Positions 30,146-45,202 of a DNA stretch of 64,000 bases are shown one piece after another. Below the pieces are notes generated by a model. The model did not search any database. It was not told the origin of the DNA and saw only the letters and a program-made list of their open reading frames with translations. The DNA is taken from IMG/VR virus record IMGVR_UViG_3300021387_000062; one strand, given 5' to 3'. This DNA comes from an uncultured virus (IMG/VR IMGVR_UViG_3300021387_000062) (taxonomy: Duplodnaviria > Heunggongvirae > Uroviricota > Caudoviricetes). The translations under genes and the position numbers were made by a program. Positions within the stretch are counted from its first letter, which is position 1; every line of letters begins with the position of its first letter.

Positions 30146-33100
30146 ATCCTCTTACATAACTCCAACCAGTACTACCGCACTGTGTACATCTAGCTCTAAC
30201 ATAACCAGTCCAATCTCCATCATCATCATAGTCATAATCCAAATAAACATTACCATAAGTAGAAGGAGTAGTTATATACTTATGGGCTGAAGCGAAAGTT
30301 GTTCCATTATAACTGGCCCAAGACCATATATAATCACTTCCATTATAAGCAATACCACCTGTAGCTCCATTGATCACTTCATTTCTTCCCGCCGCCCTCA
30401 CCTGCTCAGGGGTTGTCCGCCCCCAATTATCTTGTAACCAATGTAAGTAATTAAACTATGAATATGCTAAAGTAGAAGGATTATCTCCATCATAAGTGGT
30501 ATAACCAGTTGTACTATTTACTGAATATGCCGAAAGACTATTGCTTGTTAAAAAAACATTACCTCCAATCAGTAATCCGCCACCCTAATGACCAGACATA
30601 CTAACACCATTTATATCAATCGATCCAGATGAATATAATGCAATATTTGATCCACTTATACTATTTGCATTAATAGCCCATCCGCCAATAGTGCCACCAG
30701 ATCCACTTAAACTCCAATTACTACCGCTAATACTTCCTGCTCCAACTGTACAGCCACCAATTAAACCACCAGTTGCTCTAATACTGTTGGTATCAATAGT
30801 ATATATATTACCAGGTGTACCACTATTTATCCACGTACCGCTACTTTTATTATATAATCCGCTAGGAGTAAATAACCAACCAGCAATCTCACCAGATTTT
30901 GCAAATATTTCTCCATTATTTTTAAGCTACCATTTAGTGTCATCATCAATAACACAAGTGAAATTTCCGTTGGAATTCATTACAACATTTCCGCCATACA
31001 GCTATGTCGCACTAATATTCCATCCGCCGATCTTACCACCAGACGCATAAATATTACCATCAAGTGTCACACCAAATTTTGATCCAGCAAGTATATAATA
31101 TTTATCATTTTTACTCTAAACAGTGGCCTATTTTCCTTGTGAATATAAACCAATTGTCTATGATACACCTTCAACAGTTCCGGTATGATAAAATGAATCT
31201 TTTGTTAATGTCCATCCGCCAATTGAATTGACACCACTTGAACTTACATTAAAAATATTATTTCCACTACCATCGCGAACCCAAATACCATATTCAGTAT
31301 TCTAATTCGTCGGTGTTAAGCGACCAATCTAAACACGTTTTACATTTTCAGTTTTAAGTACAATATCTTCAGATGTAGAAATCTCTAATGAATTATTTCC
31401 AATAGAGTTAAGCATTTTAAAAACAATTCCGTCACCATCATCAGAAATTTCAAGGCTTGATCCACCATTTTTTCCACGTAAGAAAAATCCGCGCCAAGTT
31501 AAACCAAATTTAACTCCAGATGAAGTGTCCCAAATTGCATCTTCTGTCGAAGGAATAAAATCATTATCACCCTAATACCCATACAAACCAAATCTATCAA
31601 ATCTAACAAATTTGCCAAAATTGGTTGTATCTGTTGTATCACTAAAATAAGCATTAATACCTTGGCTATCCCATCTAAAACTTTGATGAGTTCCGTCGTA
31701 TACAAAAATTTCACTTGTATTTATGCGGCCGGCAGTTAATAAATCTGTACTAATTCCGTTACCGCGAATTGCATTTTTCCAAGTCTCTCCGCCATCATCG
31801 CTTACAAATATTCCACCTGCGATAATACGTACTTTTAATGCGCTGTTTGACTCATCAGAAACTGTAATACCAGTATTGTCCCAAGTTACAGCTTGGTTTG
31901 CTGAGTTCATCACAAGATCTTTATTATAATCAAAAGTATCTTGAAGTAAACCAAAACTCAAAGTACCATCTGGTTTAACTACTCCAGCGGCGCGCTCATA
32001 ACTTCCTTGAGCGAACTAAAGACTCTATGTAGTAGTAGTAATTCTATGGAATAAATCATCAAATTGAGTTTTATAATTTTGAACTTTAATAATATCTTTT
32101 TCAGGAGAATCGAAATAAGAAGTTAACTCACTAATAATAACTTGCTATTTATATGGAGTTACTTTATCATCTTCATATCCAAAAAATTCTCTGTCTTGAA
32201 TATAACAAATATCTCCAATATCAAAAATTTTAGAACTAAAATCTTCTAAGCTACTTACTCGAATTAAAGAAATATCATACTAAATTTGCGGCCGAGAAGA
32301 TCTATATGCAACTTCAAGCCCATCTAAATAATAATCATCATCATATACATAATTGGAATCTTGCCATGTACCTTCTTGAAGATAACGAGAATATTTCTAA
32401 AAGAAAGCTTTATGTAAATCACTGGTTAACTCAATTAACTAGTCCATACGAGCTGTTTTTTCTTCAATATAGTCTTTTAAAGTTTTAATTGACCTTTCTA
32501 ACAAAGGAATAGATATTTCAAGGTTATCTATTTCATTATTTAACTAAGCAATCGAACCCATTAAAGACTAAACTTTTCTATTATTTGTATGAGACGCGGC
32601 GTAGGCTTGCGCTTCAGGCCATTCAGTTACATTAGCTAAAGACATAACATCAGACTAACTATTACCTAATTTTTGTACTGAAGCACGATAATTTTCGCTT
32701 TGAACTCTTAATTCAGCTTGCTATTTAGTTAATTCAGTTTTTTTAATATTGATAGCACTAGCTAATTCGTCATATTCAGTATTATATTTATTTAAATAAA
32801 AATAATATCCAAGATTTTTACCATTAGTTTTATATAAGTCAGCTTCAACTCTATTTTTATCTAATAATCCTTGATTAATATAATAATCAAAATTAATTAT
32901 GAAGTTTTCTCGTGGATAATTTAATTTGCTGCGTGCGATTGTACAAAATCCATTTTTTCCAAACTAATTTTCATTTGGTATAATAATTGCTTTTGTTGCT
33001 ATTGTATTAGATACAATAGTTCTTTTTATACCTTGTAAATCAATACCATATTCAAATGAAATTCCGGTATCATGACCTATCTATTCAACCAATGATACAT

Positions 33101-34967
33101 ATTTTTGTGGTAAACCATTTTCATCATATAAAACCTAACCAGTTTCTTGATTATGATTAATTTCAAATCTTACCCAACATTCAAATTTCTCGGCAATAGA
33201 CTATAAAATATTAAATCTATTTGATTTACTTTCTTCAATAGAAGTTATTTTTTCATAATTATTATATACTGGAATATAATTATCAGATTTTGTAGTACCT
33301 TGATATAAAAACTATAAATCTTTAGCATCTTCTACGCCATCATGATCCGCATTATAATATCTATATACAACATTTGCAATAGATTGTAAAGCAATCATAC
33401 CAGGTTCTATTCTTTGTTCTTCAACATTATCATCGTAAATAATTTTACCATAAGATAATTTAAAGAATTGAATATTTTCAATCCAATAAGATGCTCCAGC
33501 ATTAATAAAGAATCCAATCTCTTCAAGTTTATTGGCTGGGCAAGCCCTTTTACATTCTAATGTATATTCAACCCAATTTTCTTTTATAATTGGCCCAGCG
33601 TTAATTTTAAAATATGGATTAGGATCTTTATTATCAATTATATAAGAAGAATCTTGAATTTTATATTTATATACATTACCAGTTATACCATTAGTAATAT
33701 ATCCACCATTTAAACTACTCTTTGCTTTATATCTAAATATATATTGTTCTCCAGCTTGAATTCCACCCAGAAGACCATTTTTAATATCCGCAGAATTAGG
33801 TGTTAAATGTTTTTTGTTTGAAACAAAAGCAGTATTATAAGTAAGGCCACTCTTAATATATAAATAACTTTTTGCTTCATAATTTGCTACGGTTTGCCCA
33901 TTTTCTCCAGTAAATGGTGGATATACACGCCATGTTAAATCTTTTCCAACCCAACCTTTTGTATCTTTAAAGTCTGACGTATTTGCAAGTAAATTTATAA
34001 CTAAAGTCGGATCTGAATATTCTGTAGTCTCATAACCATAAACTTCACCGTCATTATAAACGTCTACATAACGGCCTAACAAATCATCAAAAATAGTTAA
34101 TTGACTGTTTACAAGTCGTTTCGCTCGAAACTAAGATGAAAAACTATCACTAATATTAAAAGAAAAAACTGGTGTATTTTCATTATTAATATAAATTGAT
34201 GCATTATTGCCAGCTTGATGAACAACTCCATCAAATGTATAGCAATCACCATTAGTTACCAGCATACTATTAATTTCAGTAGCATATCCATTTTCAGAGT
34301 ATAAAAATTGAATTTTAGTATTGTTTTCATTCAATGATGACTAATAAAGTAAACATTTTACATTAGATGGAATTAATACAGCGCTATCGCCATCTGGAGA
34401 TTGTTTAATAGCAGTAAAAGCTTTTCGCGTAATTACTTCATAAACTGGCTCTTCATGATACTGAATTATACGAATAGGATCTTTAGATAATTGCCAACCG
34501 CTTCCTTCTAAAACTTTTTCAGCTAATTCCGCAGCAGTACCACTATTATTCTATAATTCACTATTAAACTCTAATTCATATCCATTTTTACTTAGCTCAG
34601 TAATAAATAAATCTTCACAAGTACAAGTAACATATTTGCCTTGACTATCTTCATCAATCTTCTTTATAATAAGATCATACCATTTCTTCTTCCAAAGAAC
34701 TTTCACTTTTCTTTCATTTATAAGATAAGGTAAAAATGGATTTACAATATTTTCACCTGTTATCTCGTCTTTAAAACGATAATAAATCTTAAAAGTAAAA
34801 ATATGAGTACCATTTACATTAGCAACTAAACATGGTTCTACTGCGCGCGAGCTTGATCGCATAGCATCAGAACCAATTACACATAATTTTCTTTCATTAA
34901 GAAAGGGTATACCTTCAGAGGTAGTATCTGGATAGTCTTCCCATAAACTTATTTCATATTTATCCAA
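30144..34967 (-). CDS. Tail spike / host-specificity protein, about 1607 aa, many TAG
   Basis: Five track ORFs share one frame; TTG start after GAGGTG; GISTDLLTAGRINT and repeated IGGW motifs typical of minor tail proteins. Confidence 0.8.
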
Positions 34968-34979
34968 CTATCTCACCTC

Positions 34980-35783
34980 TTAATAATATAAATAATTAAA
35001 TTTAATAGAATCCCAAGGAACATTGGCAGTTAATATATTTTTATCAACTGGTAAATTAAAAAAATCACCCTTGGTTATAAATTTATTATATAAAGTTCCG
35101 TTCTTTTTTAAATTATTATCCAAACCTTCAATTAAATGAGTACGCATATCAATACATAAATATACGTCATTATCACTAATTTTCTCAATACCTTCAATAT
35201 TTAAAACTCCAGTAATCTCTTTGTTTGTCTCTAACTATAAAGAAATATCACTAATATTATCTAATAAATAATAAATTTTAATCGGGGCTTCAATATCACC
35301 CATATTATTTAATTCTTGTTCTGTGCCAGTTTTAAATTCAATATTTCTTGTACTGAGTGCATATGGATAATATGCAACTAAATTTACACTACCCTCACCT
35401 TTATATATTTTAATTTCTTCAAAAGGAAAACTAATATATTTTAAAGATGGTGGTGCACTACATTTTACCATATATTTCTTATAAGAAATCTCATCAAAAA
35501 TTAATTCTTTAACTCCCTTAAATCCAAAAATTTGTTTAAGGCGTCTAATATCTTCATCTCTTAAATCATCAAAAGCAAAATCAATAGTAAATGGTGTCTA
35601 TGTATAAAATGTATCCCAATAATATGTTCCATCTTTTCCTGGTACTTGCACTGTTGTATCAATAAAATTAGGGGTTAAATTTTCTGTATACCTATTACTA
35701 TTACTTACTCTTGTAATATTTAATTGTGATGAATGTATATCTCCTAACTGGAAGCCAAGAAAATCTCCGCTATAAACACTCAT
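34980..35783 (-). CDS. Distal tail protein (Dit-like), TAG-containing
   Basis: GFQLGDIHSS...VPGKDGTYY...NMGDIEAP; between tape measure and tail spike. Confidence 0.75.
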
Positions 35784-35843
35784 ATATTTCCTCCTTTAAA
35801 GAAGGGCCTATATAGGCCCTTCTATTCCTATTATAAAGTGGAT

Positions 35844-38800
35844 TCATCTTAAAAAGTTTACAACATTTATATTTCTATAACTCGCGGCATTATAAATGTC
35901 ATCTTTTACACGATCTACTAATTGATCAACATCATAATCATTAGATAAAGAATCAACATTAATAGTGAAATCAAGATACATATTTGTACCTAAATTATTA
36001 GTAGTTCCACTATCATTATTAAAAATATTTGGCAAAACATTAGCAAGTTTTAAGAAAGCTTCAGTCTACAAAGCATTTAAAACATATTCTGGTTTTGAAG
36101 GAGTACCATCAAGCCACGCCATACCAGTTGATGTATTTAATCCACCAGTTGCATATTTTTTAAATTTAAATTTCTCTTGTAAAGCACCGGCAGTACTTAA
36201 ATCATTAACAATCTAATGCTATAAATCTTTTTGTCTTGACCAATATGCAGAAGAATCAGAATTGCGTGACTATGCACTTGAAATTGAACTAATCGCCGCC
36301 TTAAGGCTGTCATTTTCTGCTTTCATTCCTGTGAGCGCGGCATTGGCATTGGCCAAAGCAGAATTTGCATCCCTTAAACCACTAACTGCATTATCATAAG
36401 TTTCAGTAACATGATCCATTGATTGACTTATACTACCAATGCTCATACCGATACCATATAATCCATTCTAAAGTGATGCATCAAGTGTTCCACCTTGGGC
36501 TGCAATTTCACTCTAAATAGCTTCAGCAAAAGTACCATCAACTTCACTTTTTTCTTTTAGTAAAAACGCAGAAACTTCTTTAAAAGTATTATTTAATTCG
36601 TCTTCCCAAATTGCTTTATCAACTTCACTCATAGCTGACCAAGACTCTTCTTGCTATAATAAGCTATAAAGATTTGAATCAGTTAATAACTAACCATCGG
36701 CGCCCATTGCTTCATGAAGAAGCTAAGATACATCATCATTAAATTCACCATTTAATACTGAATAATCAAGTTGAGCTTGCATAAGTTCAATTTGTTTTTC
36801 TCTCTATAATGCTGCGTCTTGATTATCTTGTGATAAGCGCTATATCGCTTGATCAACCAAAGTATCTTCATAAGCTTGTCTACTATCATTAAGTCCTTGC
36901 TAAGCATTTAAAATTTCGACTTGATTACCACCAGTTGTATCTCTTCGTAAGAAAGCCAGTCGCGCTTCAGCATCAGATATTTCATCTTCCGTCCGTGTAT
37001 TATCTCGAATCTATCTCTCTAAATCAATCTCACGCTCAAGTGCTTCTAATATATCGTTATTAGAATCAGTAATAGTATTATGTAAATCAGAATAATTATC
37101 AATAATTCTTTGATAAGAATTTACAAGAGCATCAAGAACTCTCTATTCAAAATCAGCATATTCTTCACGCCAAATATTCTATAGTTCACGAATCTATTTT
37201 TCAACGTCACGTACTGAATCTTCAGCATCATCCATTTTATCTTGGATTTTTTCTGCTTCACTTACAAGTTCTTTAACTTTATCATAAGTTTCTTTATCGC
37301 CAATATTATTAATTGCATCCCAATCAATTTCAAGAGTCTAATCACGATCATTAAAACGAAAATAACGACTATAGGCAGAATTGACGCCCATAAATTCGTC
37401 CATCTCACGACGACGATAACCTTGAACTGTTGACTAGTATTGTCGTTGAAGCTCTAAATTTGCAAGCTGTTTTATAAGATTCTCATAAAGATCTCTACCA
37501 GTTGAAGTATCCCCAACCGTAAGAATCTTATTTTGCTCTTCTTGAAGTTTCTTTTGATCACGTTCAAGTTCAGTTATATCTTCCAGAAGATTATAAAGCC
37601 AATCAAAATCACTTTTCCATTCCTCACGTTTCGGCTCTTTAGATCCGCTACCGCCACCGCCACCTTTTGGAGTACTTCCACGGCCCCAGTTGGAACCAGT
37701 ATATGGTTGATAACCACCATAACCAGTTGGTTGATTACGAACCAATTGAACTGAACTTGGAATACCATCTTTATTAGTTGGACCATAAACAACGCTCCAA
37801 CCAAGCGTATCAAAAAACGCAGCAACATCATATCCAGCTTTAATAAGCTATTCAATTACTGACATCCATGGCGTATCATCAAGAACAGCGACGCCATTAA
37901 TCTCTAAACCATTTAATGACTCAGCAGTTAAACCATCTTCAATCATTTGCTACTGAATAGCAGCAAGCATATAACCAAATTCATCTAAACCACTTTTCGC
38001 ATTGGAGAAAAAGTCTTGATTTAAAATATCAAGTAACTCTTGATAAGCTTCTTTAGATTCACGAGCTAATGTAATCTATTGAATATGAGCTTGTACAAAA
38101 TCATCACTAATTTGTTCGCCATACGCCGCGCGCATTGCTTCGCCAACTGCATGAATTGCACTACTATATTCGTCAGAATCATTTGCGCTATTCGCTAAAA
38201 TTTTATCGTTTTTATCAAGTATTTCAGTTAATTCTTCTAATTTTGCTGCTTCTTCTGACCAGTTAACTGCTAACGCTTGAGAAATTGTTTCTTGCTATTC
38301 AGAAGTTTTATTCCATGCTGCACTTGCAGCATCAATTTCTTGAATACTTTTTAAAATCTAATCATAACGATCTTCTGCATGCTCATCTACGTAAAACTTA
38401 GAACTAACAGCAGTACCATAATCTTGTTCACTAATACCGGGCCTAAACTCATTAATGGGTGTAATATAATCCATTGGCTAAGTTGCATATTGTTGAATCT
38501 ACTGTTTTGTCTAAGTATTTGATTCTAACTAATAAAAACGATCCAGAGCTTCTTGAATTTTCCCAATTAATTCTTCTGGTCTTAAACTTAATGCATGTTC
38601 ACCATATAATTCTTGAATTATAGTTCTAACCCATTCTGCATTAAGTCTTTCATAATTTTCTGCATTCGTAGAAGTACTACTTTTATCAACTATTTGCTAC
38701 AACGCTTCAGCTAAACTTAATTCTTGTCCATCAAGAGTTACATTTTGATTAGCTCTATCACTGATATACTAACCAGTAGCAATATTTTGATTTAAAGCTG

Positions 38801-41800
38801 CACTATTTTTTTCTATTTCTAAAGTTAAATTCTAAATTAAAGCTTGAACTAAACTATCTAAATCTTCTCCAGTATATGTCCATTCTTTATTTTTAATACC
38901 AGAATAAACAAATTGGTTTGGATTAATTCCGGCGCTAGTTAATAAACTATATTCATCTTCACTAAAAATACGATATCCAGTACTTCCAGATTTACGATCT
39001 TTAATATCTCTCATTAAAGAAACATTATCAGTAATTTTTTCTCGTAAATCTTCAATATTAAAATTCTTAGCCGCGCCAGCTAGTTCAATTAATTTTTGAC
39101 TTGCTTCATCTAAGTTATAACCAAATGAATTAAAATTAATATCTAATTCATCAAGTGTTCCAAAGAAATTTTCAATACTTGAAGCATTATTTATATCAAG
39201 ATATTGTAATGCATCAAATAAATCATCTAAATCTTTAGTATTTGTTGCTTTAAATAATTTGTCTAAGAAATTAGAAAATTCATCAAGAGAATCATAATTA
39301 TCTTTAGCAAAATCTGTTAAAAGTGTCGTTAAATATGCTGACTGATTTTCAGTTAAATCATTACGTGGATCTATAGCGAAGTTTCTTGCCGTTTCATAAA
39401 TTTTATTATATTCGCTATTAAGATTACCATTTGGTTCGAAAACTTTTGAAATTATATCAGTATTAACTGGTAACTGAATTCTTTTAACAGAAGTCCAAAG
39501 CTATTCTTGTAATTCATCATTTAAATACTAAAATACTTCAGAAAAAGTAGTATCTAAACTACCATAAAGTTTTTCACGATCTGAATTTTTAATATTCGCG
39601 CCATTATTAATTAATAAATCTGCTAATATTTCCTAATATTCAGGAGTTAACTTAAGGAAAGCATCTATTAAATCTTTATTGCCCGATTCTAATTGCTACC
39701 GCGCACGCTCACCAGCAATAGCTTTTATTAAAGCATCTTTATCATCTTTAATATCTTCTGGTATAATAGTGGTTAAAAAAGCATCTTGATAAGCCTATTG
39801 AGCTTCTTTTAACGTAGTTATTAAACCAGAACCTCTTAATGAAGTAATTAAGCCAAAGAATTTAGTACTTTCTTCTTCAAAGATGTTGGCGACTTCGTCA
39901 CCATTAAACATCTGCCCTACTACATTAATTAAAAATGATTCTGCAACATCCGATAATTCTTCGTCGCCTAACTAACCAATAGCACCTTGTGTAGCATAGG
40001 ATTGATACTATTTTAAAAAAGCTTGCTAACGTGCAGTAGCACCAACCAATGAAGCTTCAAGTTCATCCGTCCACTAATCTTCTAAGCCTTCCTATAGTAA
40101 AAAATTCTTTTGATTAGATAATTTTTCAACATCGCGAGAAGCCTTTTGATATTGCTAAAATGCAAGATTAGCGTTTCCTATATCTTGACCACTCTAAGCT
40201 TTAATAGCAGTTTTAGCTATTTCTTCACAAGCCTATGCTAACTTGTCAGAATCTAAAGTTAAAAGTAACTCACCATTTTCAACTTTAAAATCTTCAATAT
40301 ACTAAGCATATGTTGCGTTCTATTCTAATAAAGACTAAACATATTCAGTGCGTGATTTTATAGCTTCAGTGCGTTCTTCAAAAGTTGTGGCTTCACTAAC
40401 ATTTTGATTAAGTCTATTATATTCTTCTTGAACAGATTCAAATTCATCCTATGTTTTTTTCGCAGCATCTGCTGCAATTTGCAATGAATTGGCATAATTT
40501 TCTGCTATCTTTACCTACCCAGAAGGAGATAAATCATACATTCTTTTTATCGCTACATATGCAGTACCAGCTACAGCAGCAATTCCAGCTAAAGCAGCAC
40601 CTAACGTCGCGGCACCACCTAATGCAGCACCACTACCAATACCTAATTTACCAAGAGCTCCACCAAGTCCAGTGGAAATAGCACCACCGACTTTAGTTCC
40701 GACAAATCTATTTCCTAAAGCTCCGAATAAAGTTTTAGGTGCTACAGTAGCATTCCTTACTGCACCTTGTCTAGCCTTGCCTAATGCCTATAAATTTGAT
40801 ATAGAAGGAGTTGCTCTATACTATTGACGTGCTGCCAAATAAGAAGGATCAAGCATCCAGTTTGATGAAGTTGCGGCAGAATTTTTCTTAAAATTACTTA
40901 TTTTATTAAATAATTCACCAAATGGTGAAATTGCCCCAGCTCCTAAAGTAGCTAACAAATTCTTTCCTGGCGTAATCCCCATCGCACTCGCTGCAATTGA
41001 AGTAAATCCACCACCAATTTTCCCGCCAGTTACGGCGCCAAGCATAGAACCAAATAAACCAGCAGTTAAACCTTTACCAACTTTAAGTCCGCCAATTAAT
41101 AATGCTAATTTTGCAAAAGTATTAATAAATTTCCCAGCACCGGTATCTAATGCACCAAAACCACTAGTTAAACTATTAATAACATTTAATAACCCAGTTA
41201 ATGCATCTACTCCAAGTTTAACAAGATCACTATTAGCAATACCCATGGCAAACTCATCCCAAGCATTTTTAAGACGAGCCAACTTAGATTCAAGTGATTC
41301 TTGTGTTTTTTCAAATTGTTTTGCAGATGCGCCATTTGCATTATAAGCTTCTCCAACTAACTCTTGCGTACGAGCATAGTCAGACATTAAAGCAATAAAA
41401 CGAGATTGCTGACGAGAACCAGCTGCTTGAGTGGCAATATAACGTTGCTATAAAGTAGTTAAACTATCCCATTTCTCGGCAAGCTCTAAGAATATATCAT
41501 CAATACCAACTTCACCAAGGAAATATCTATTTAAATCAACTCCGGCAGTTCTTAAAGCCTTTGAAACTCTATTAACATCTATTACTTCGCCTTCTTCATC
41601 AGTGCCTTCAAGCTCATCTTTATTATATAATTCTTTAACTTCTGCAAATCGAGCAACAACTGTTTTTAATGCAGTACCAGCAGTTTCAGCAGATTCACGA
41701 GTAGTTTCAATAATCTATGCTAAAAATGCCGCTGTTGTTTCAAATTCCATCCCAGCATTATGTGCCAAGGATGCGACTTTTGTCATAGCTGTCGAAATTT

Positions 41801-43373
41801 CATCAACATCAGAAGCAGTAATAGCAGCCAATTTTGAATAAACATCATTAACACGCTATGTATTAGCTTCATTAATTTCCATATTGAAGCCACGTACAGC
41901 GTTAGTCATACGATCTGTCGCAACCGCAGCGTCAAGACCAGCAATACGAGCCATTTTTAAAGTTTCATTAGAAATGGCCATTACTTCATTAGTTTTTAAA
42001 CCTTGCTGATAGTAAAGTGTTGCCGCTTCATATGCAGCCTTAGTTGTAACACCTAGTTCATTCGCGCGTTTTGTATATTCTGGAAGCTATGACCACATAT
42101 CTCCAACAGAAAAATCAGTAACGACTGCTGTTTCTGTCATAGCTTTATCCAATTCTTTAACTGTATTATACGCATCGCGCATAGTACGTTTTACAAGTTG
42201 AATAGTATTATTTAATCCAAAGAAGTATTGAATACGGCTCTTTAACGATTCAACTTCGCGCATTCGATTATCAAAATTAGTTAATTCTGTACCAGCTTGC
42301 TAAACTTGCTATCTAAAATTATTAAAAACTGGTCCCTAACGGCCAACTTCAGATTCAGTAGTCTATAAATTACCAATTAACTTCTATAAATTTTCATTTA
42401 AATATTGCTAAACCGCCTAACCAGCACCCTAAGCATCATTTGAAAACTTTGAAAAATCAATTCCCTAAATTTGTTGTAAAGCATTTAATAAAGTTTGAAG
42501 TGCTTGTGCTTCTTGACCTTGCTTTCCTTGAAGTAAGGTTTGTAAATTCGCTTGTAATTTAGTAATTTGAGTCTAAGCAGATTTTGAACTTGTTTCAAGA
42601 GCTTTTATTTGAGTATCTAATTGAAAATTTTTATTTCCTTCTTGCTCAAGATCTTTATAAGCTTTATCTAATTTTTTTAACTAATTCGTTAATCTTGTAA
42701 TATAAGTTTGCTATCCAGCAGTGGGATTCTGCCCAACTTTTGCTTGATATTTTTGTAATGAATCATTAACCGAATCATAAGCTTTTTTTAATCTCTATAA
42801 AGCTTCTGCTTCAGTTTCAAAACGAATTGCTCCATCTGAATCTTGAATAGTCTATTTTAAAGAATCATATACCTTACTACTTTTATTTGCAATTAATTGC
42901 TAAATTGCCGCTTGATAAGATCGTAATTTATTCTACTAGTCAGCAATTTTATTATTTGCATCATCAATAGTCCCTTGAATAGTTTGTAAAGTATTATTAT
43001 AAGTCTTTAACGCATTATTTGCAGCATTAATATTTCTAGTAACACTTTCTGGTAATAATTTTTCTAAATCTTTACTTGATAAATTGCCTAAATCTTTTAT
43101 TTGAATTTTTAATTTTTCAAATAAACCATTAATTTTATCAGCAGATTTTTCAAGTTTAGAAAAATCTGCTTTTCCGGTTATATCTTTCCCGGCTTGTACT
43201 TCAAAATTACGAATCTCTTCAGATAACTTCTAAAAAGTACCTTGTAATCCTTTAGTAACATTTTGCGGTAACTACAATCCATTTAAACTTTTTTGAATGT
43301 CACCAAGCGCACCTTTCATTTTGCTAACTTCTAAGTTAGCATCAAATGTTAAAGTAAACTTCTGTCCCGCCAT
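35844..43373 (-). CDS. Tape measure protein, about 2509 aa, dozens of TAG
   Basis: All track fragments in one frame; TP901-type core (ELDKAMTETAVV, TTRESAETAGTALKT, AGSRQQSRFIALM); GAGGTG RBS. Confidence 0.88.
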
Positions 43374-43423
43374 TTTTACACCTCATAAAATAAAATCAGC
43401 ATTAGCTAAACTAATGCTGACTA

Positions 43424-44203
43424 TTACATATCACTATCTATATCTTCATTCAAGAAATATATTTCCATCACATAACTATTTCTTCTTGAATCAGTTGGTA
43501 CGCCTTCCGCTTCAAAATTACCTACTACTGGATTCGCCTACGTACCTAATCTCATAGATAAGCCAGACATTAATTTTAGCTTTGGAATTTTAATAATTCC
43601 CGTTGTAATAAGTCCAGACGTATCGTCCTTTACTCTCGTTTTACCTTCTAATTCTAAAAAGCCCTATAAAAATTGTTGACCAATTTTTGCAATGGTTGCT
43701 CCATTTGCATAATTATAACGATAACGCATAATTACATCTTTATAAGGTTCTTTTATCTTAAAGTGAATACCAGAAGGTTCCACATTTATTCTTTTTCCAG
43801 TTTCTTTATCATATACGAAAATTTGATCTACTGGAGTTTTTGTTGGTCTTAAAATACCAATTTCATCACTTTCAAGTTCATCATCATAAGTAATTAATAA
43901 TGGTTCTTCATCTAAAATTGATATAACTTTTGCATTATTTAATAAACCAAATTGCGTATTTGAAAACACACCTTGACTAAAAGAAAGCTACATTGCTCGT
44001 GTCGTTTCCCAAAAAACGTGCCCTCTATTATCAAAACCACCACGTGCGGCAACATATTCTTTTATTTCATTAAAATTACTTAATTGTATTTTATCAAAAA
44101 TAGCAATACTTTCACCAGCACTGAATTTAATTCCATTTGCTTCTATATCGTAAGTAGCCTTTAAATGAACATTCTCTAAAACTTTAAAAGAACCTACATC
44201 CAT
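43424..44203 (-). CDS. Tail-region hypothetical protein (2 TAG)
   Basis: AGGAGG RBS; AARGG motif resembling the tail tube N-terminus; hairpin at 43396-43420. Confidence 0.7.
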
Positions 44204-44267
44204 ATTCTTTCCTCCTAATAGAAACGGCGGAGAAGTCGCCTCCTCCGCCATAACTTTTATTATTTAA

Positions 44268-45182
44268 TTAACCAGCATCAGGAACTTCCAGATCATACTG
44301 CACTAACTTCATCATTTCGCCAGATTCTGGACGAAGAACAGTCAGATTCATATTAAAGGTTGAAGGATCGCCTTCAGCTTCAAGAGTAATAGTCTGCTCA
44401 GCAGTTAACTTAGCCTTAGGAACGATAAACTGGAAGAACTGGTCGCGGCCATCAACGTCAGAACGAGAATAAGTATCGCCTTGAACATAGTAGGTACCTG
44501 GGAAAGTATCACCAGAAACAACAATCGTCTTGGTAGTTGCTTTAACCCAATAAGTAAACATAACTTTATGGCCATCAAGATTCTTACCTGTAGGAACAGT
44601 AAGTCCAGTAGTCCAAAGAGACTTCAGATCAGACTCGGTAAAGGCTTCATCAAGAACAGTACCATCTTCATCATATAACTTAGATGTATCACCAGTAATA
44701 GCAAAAACAAGCTGACCATTGATCTTAACTTCACCAGCAGGAGCAGTAGCTTCTCCGCCTAAATATAACTTAACACGCTTACTACCATCAGTTGCATCAT
44801 AAACGTCAGCGGTAATATAATCATTAATTAATTTAATTTTCCCTTCCGCGGCAGTGCTAAGACGAGCAACGGCGGTTTTACGAATATATCCACCAGTACC
44901 TTGTGTAACATTACCATCACCCATCATAATAGCCATAGATTTTGGGCTAAATAAAGCATCTTCAAGGGTTAAAGTAATTTCCTTACCGTAGTCCCAAGTA
45001 ATCAGTTTAGGGTTACCTTTACCACCACGAGCGTCAACTTGTTCTGCGGTTTGCTCAATAGTAGAAACCTTTAAAGTATCAAGAAACAGCACTGGGGCGC
45101 CCGGAGTACCATCAGGGTTGATCTTATAGAATGTCACGTCAGCAACTTCTTTGATACCATAACGATCTAAAATACTAGCCAT
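44268..45182 (-). CDS. Major tail (tube) protein, TAG-free
   Basis: YGIKEVADV, ARGGKGNPKLITWD, EAEGDPSTF; position before the tape measure; own terminator 44226-44249. Confidence 0.8.
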   Translation of the reverse strand: MASILDRYGIKEVADVTFYKINPDGTPGAPVLFLDTLKVSTIEQTAEQVDARGGKGNPKLITWDYGKEITLTLEDALFSPKSMAIMMGDGNVTQGTGGYIRKTAVARLSTAAEGKIKLINDYITADVYDATDGSKRVKLYLGGEATAPAGEVKINGQLVFAITGDTSKLYDEDGTVLDEAFTESDLKSLWTTGLTVPTGKNLDGHKVMFTYWVKATTKTIVVSGDTFPGTYYVQGDTYSRSDVDGRDQFFQFIVPKAKLTAEQTITLEAEGDPSTFNMNLTVLRPESGEMMKLVQYDLEVPDAG

Positions 45183-45202
45183 TTAAAATGACCTCCTATA
45201 TA

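Noticed and set aside
30144..30425. Diversity-generating retroelement target or invertible segment at the tail spike C-terminus (local GC-rich patch 30388-30424)
   Set aside because: No template repeat, reverse transcriptase, invertase or flanking inverted repeats seen in the window
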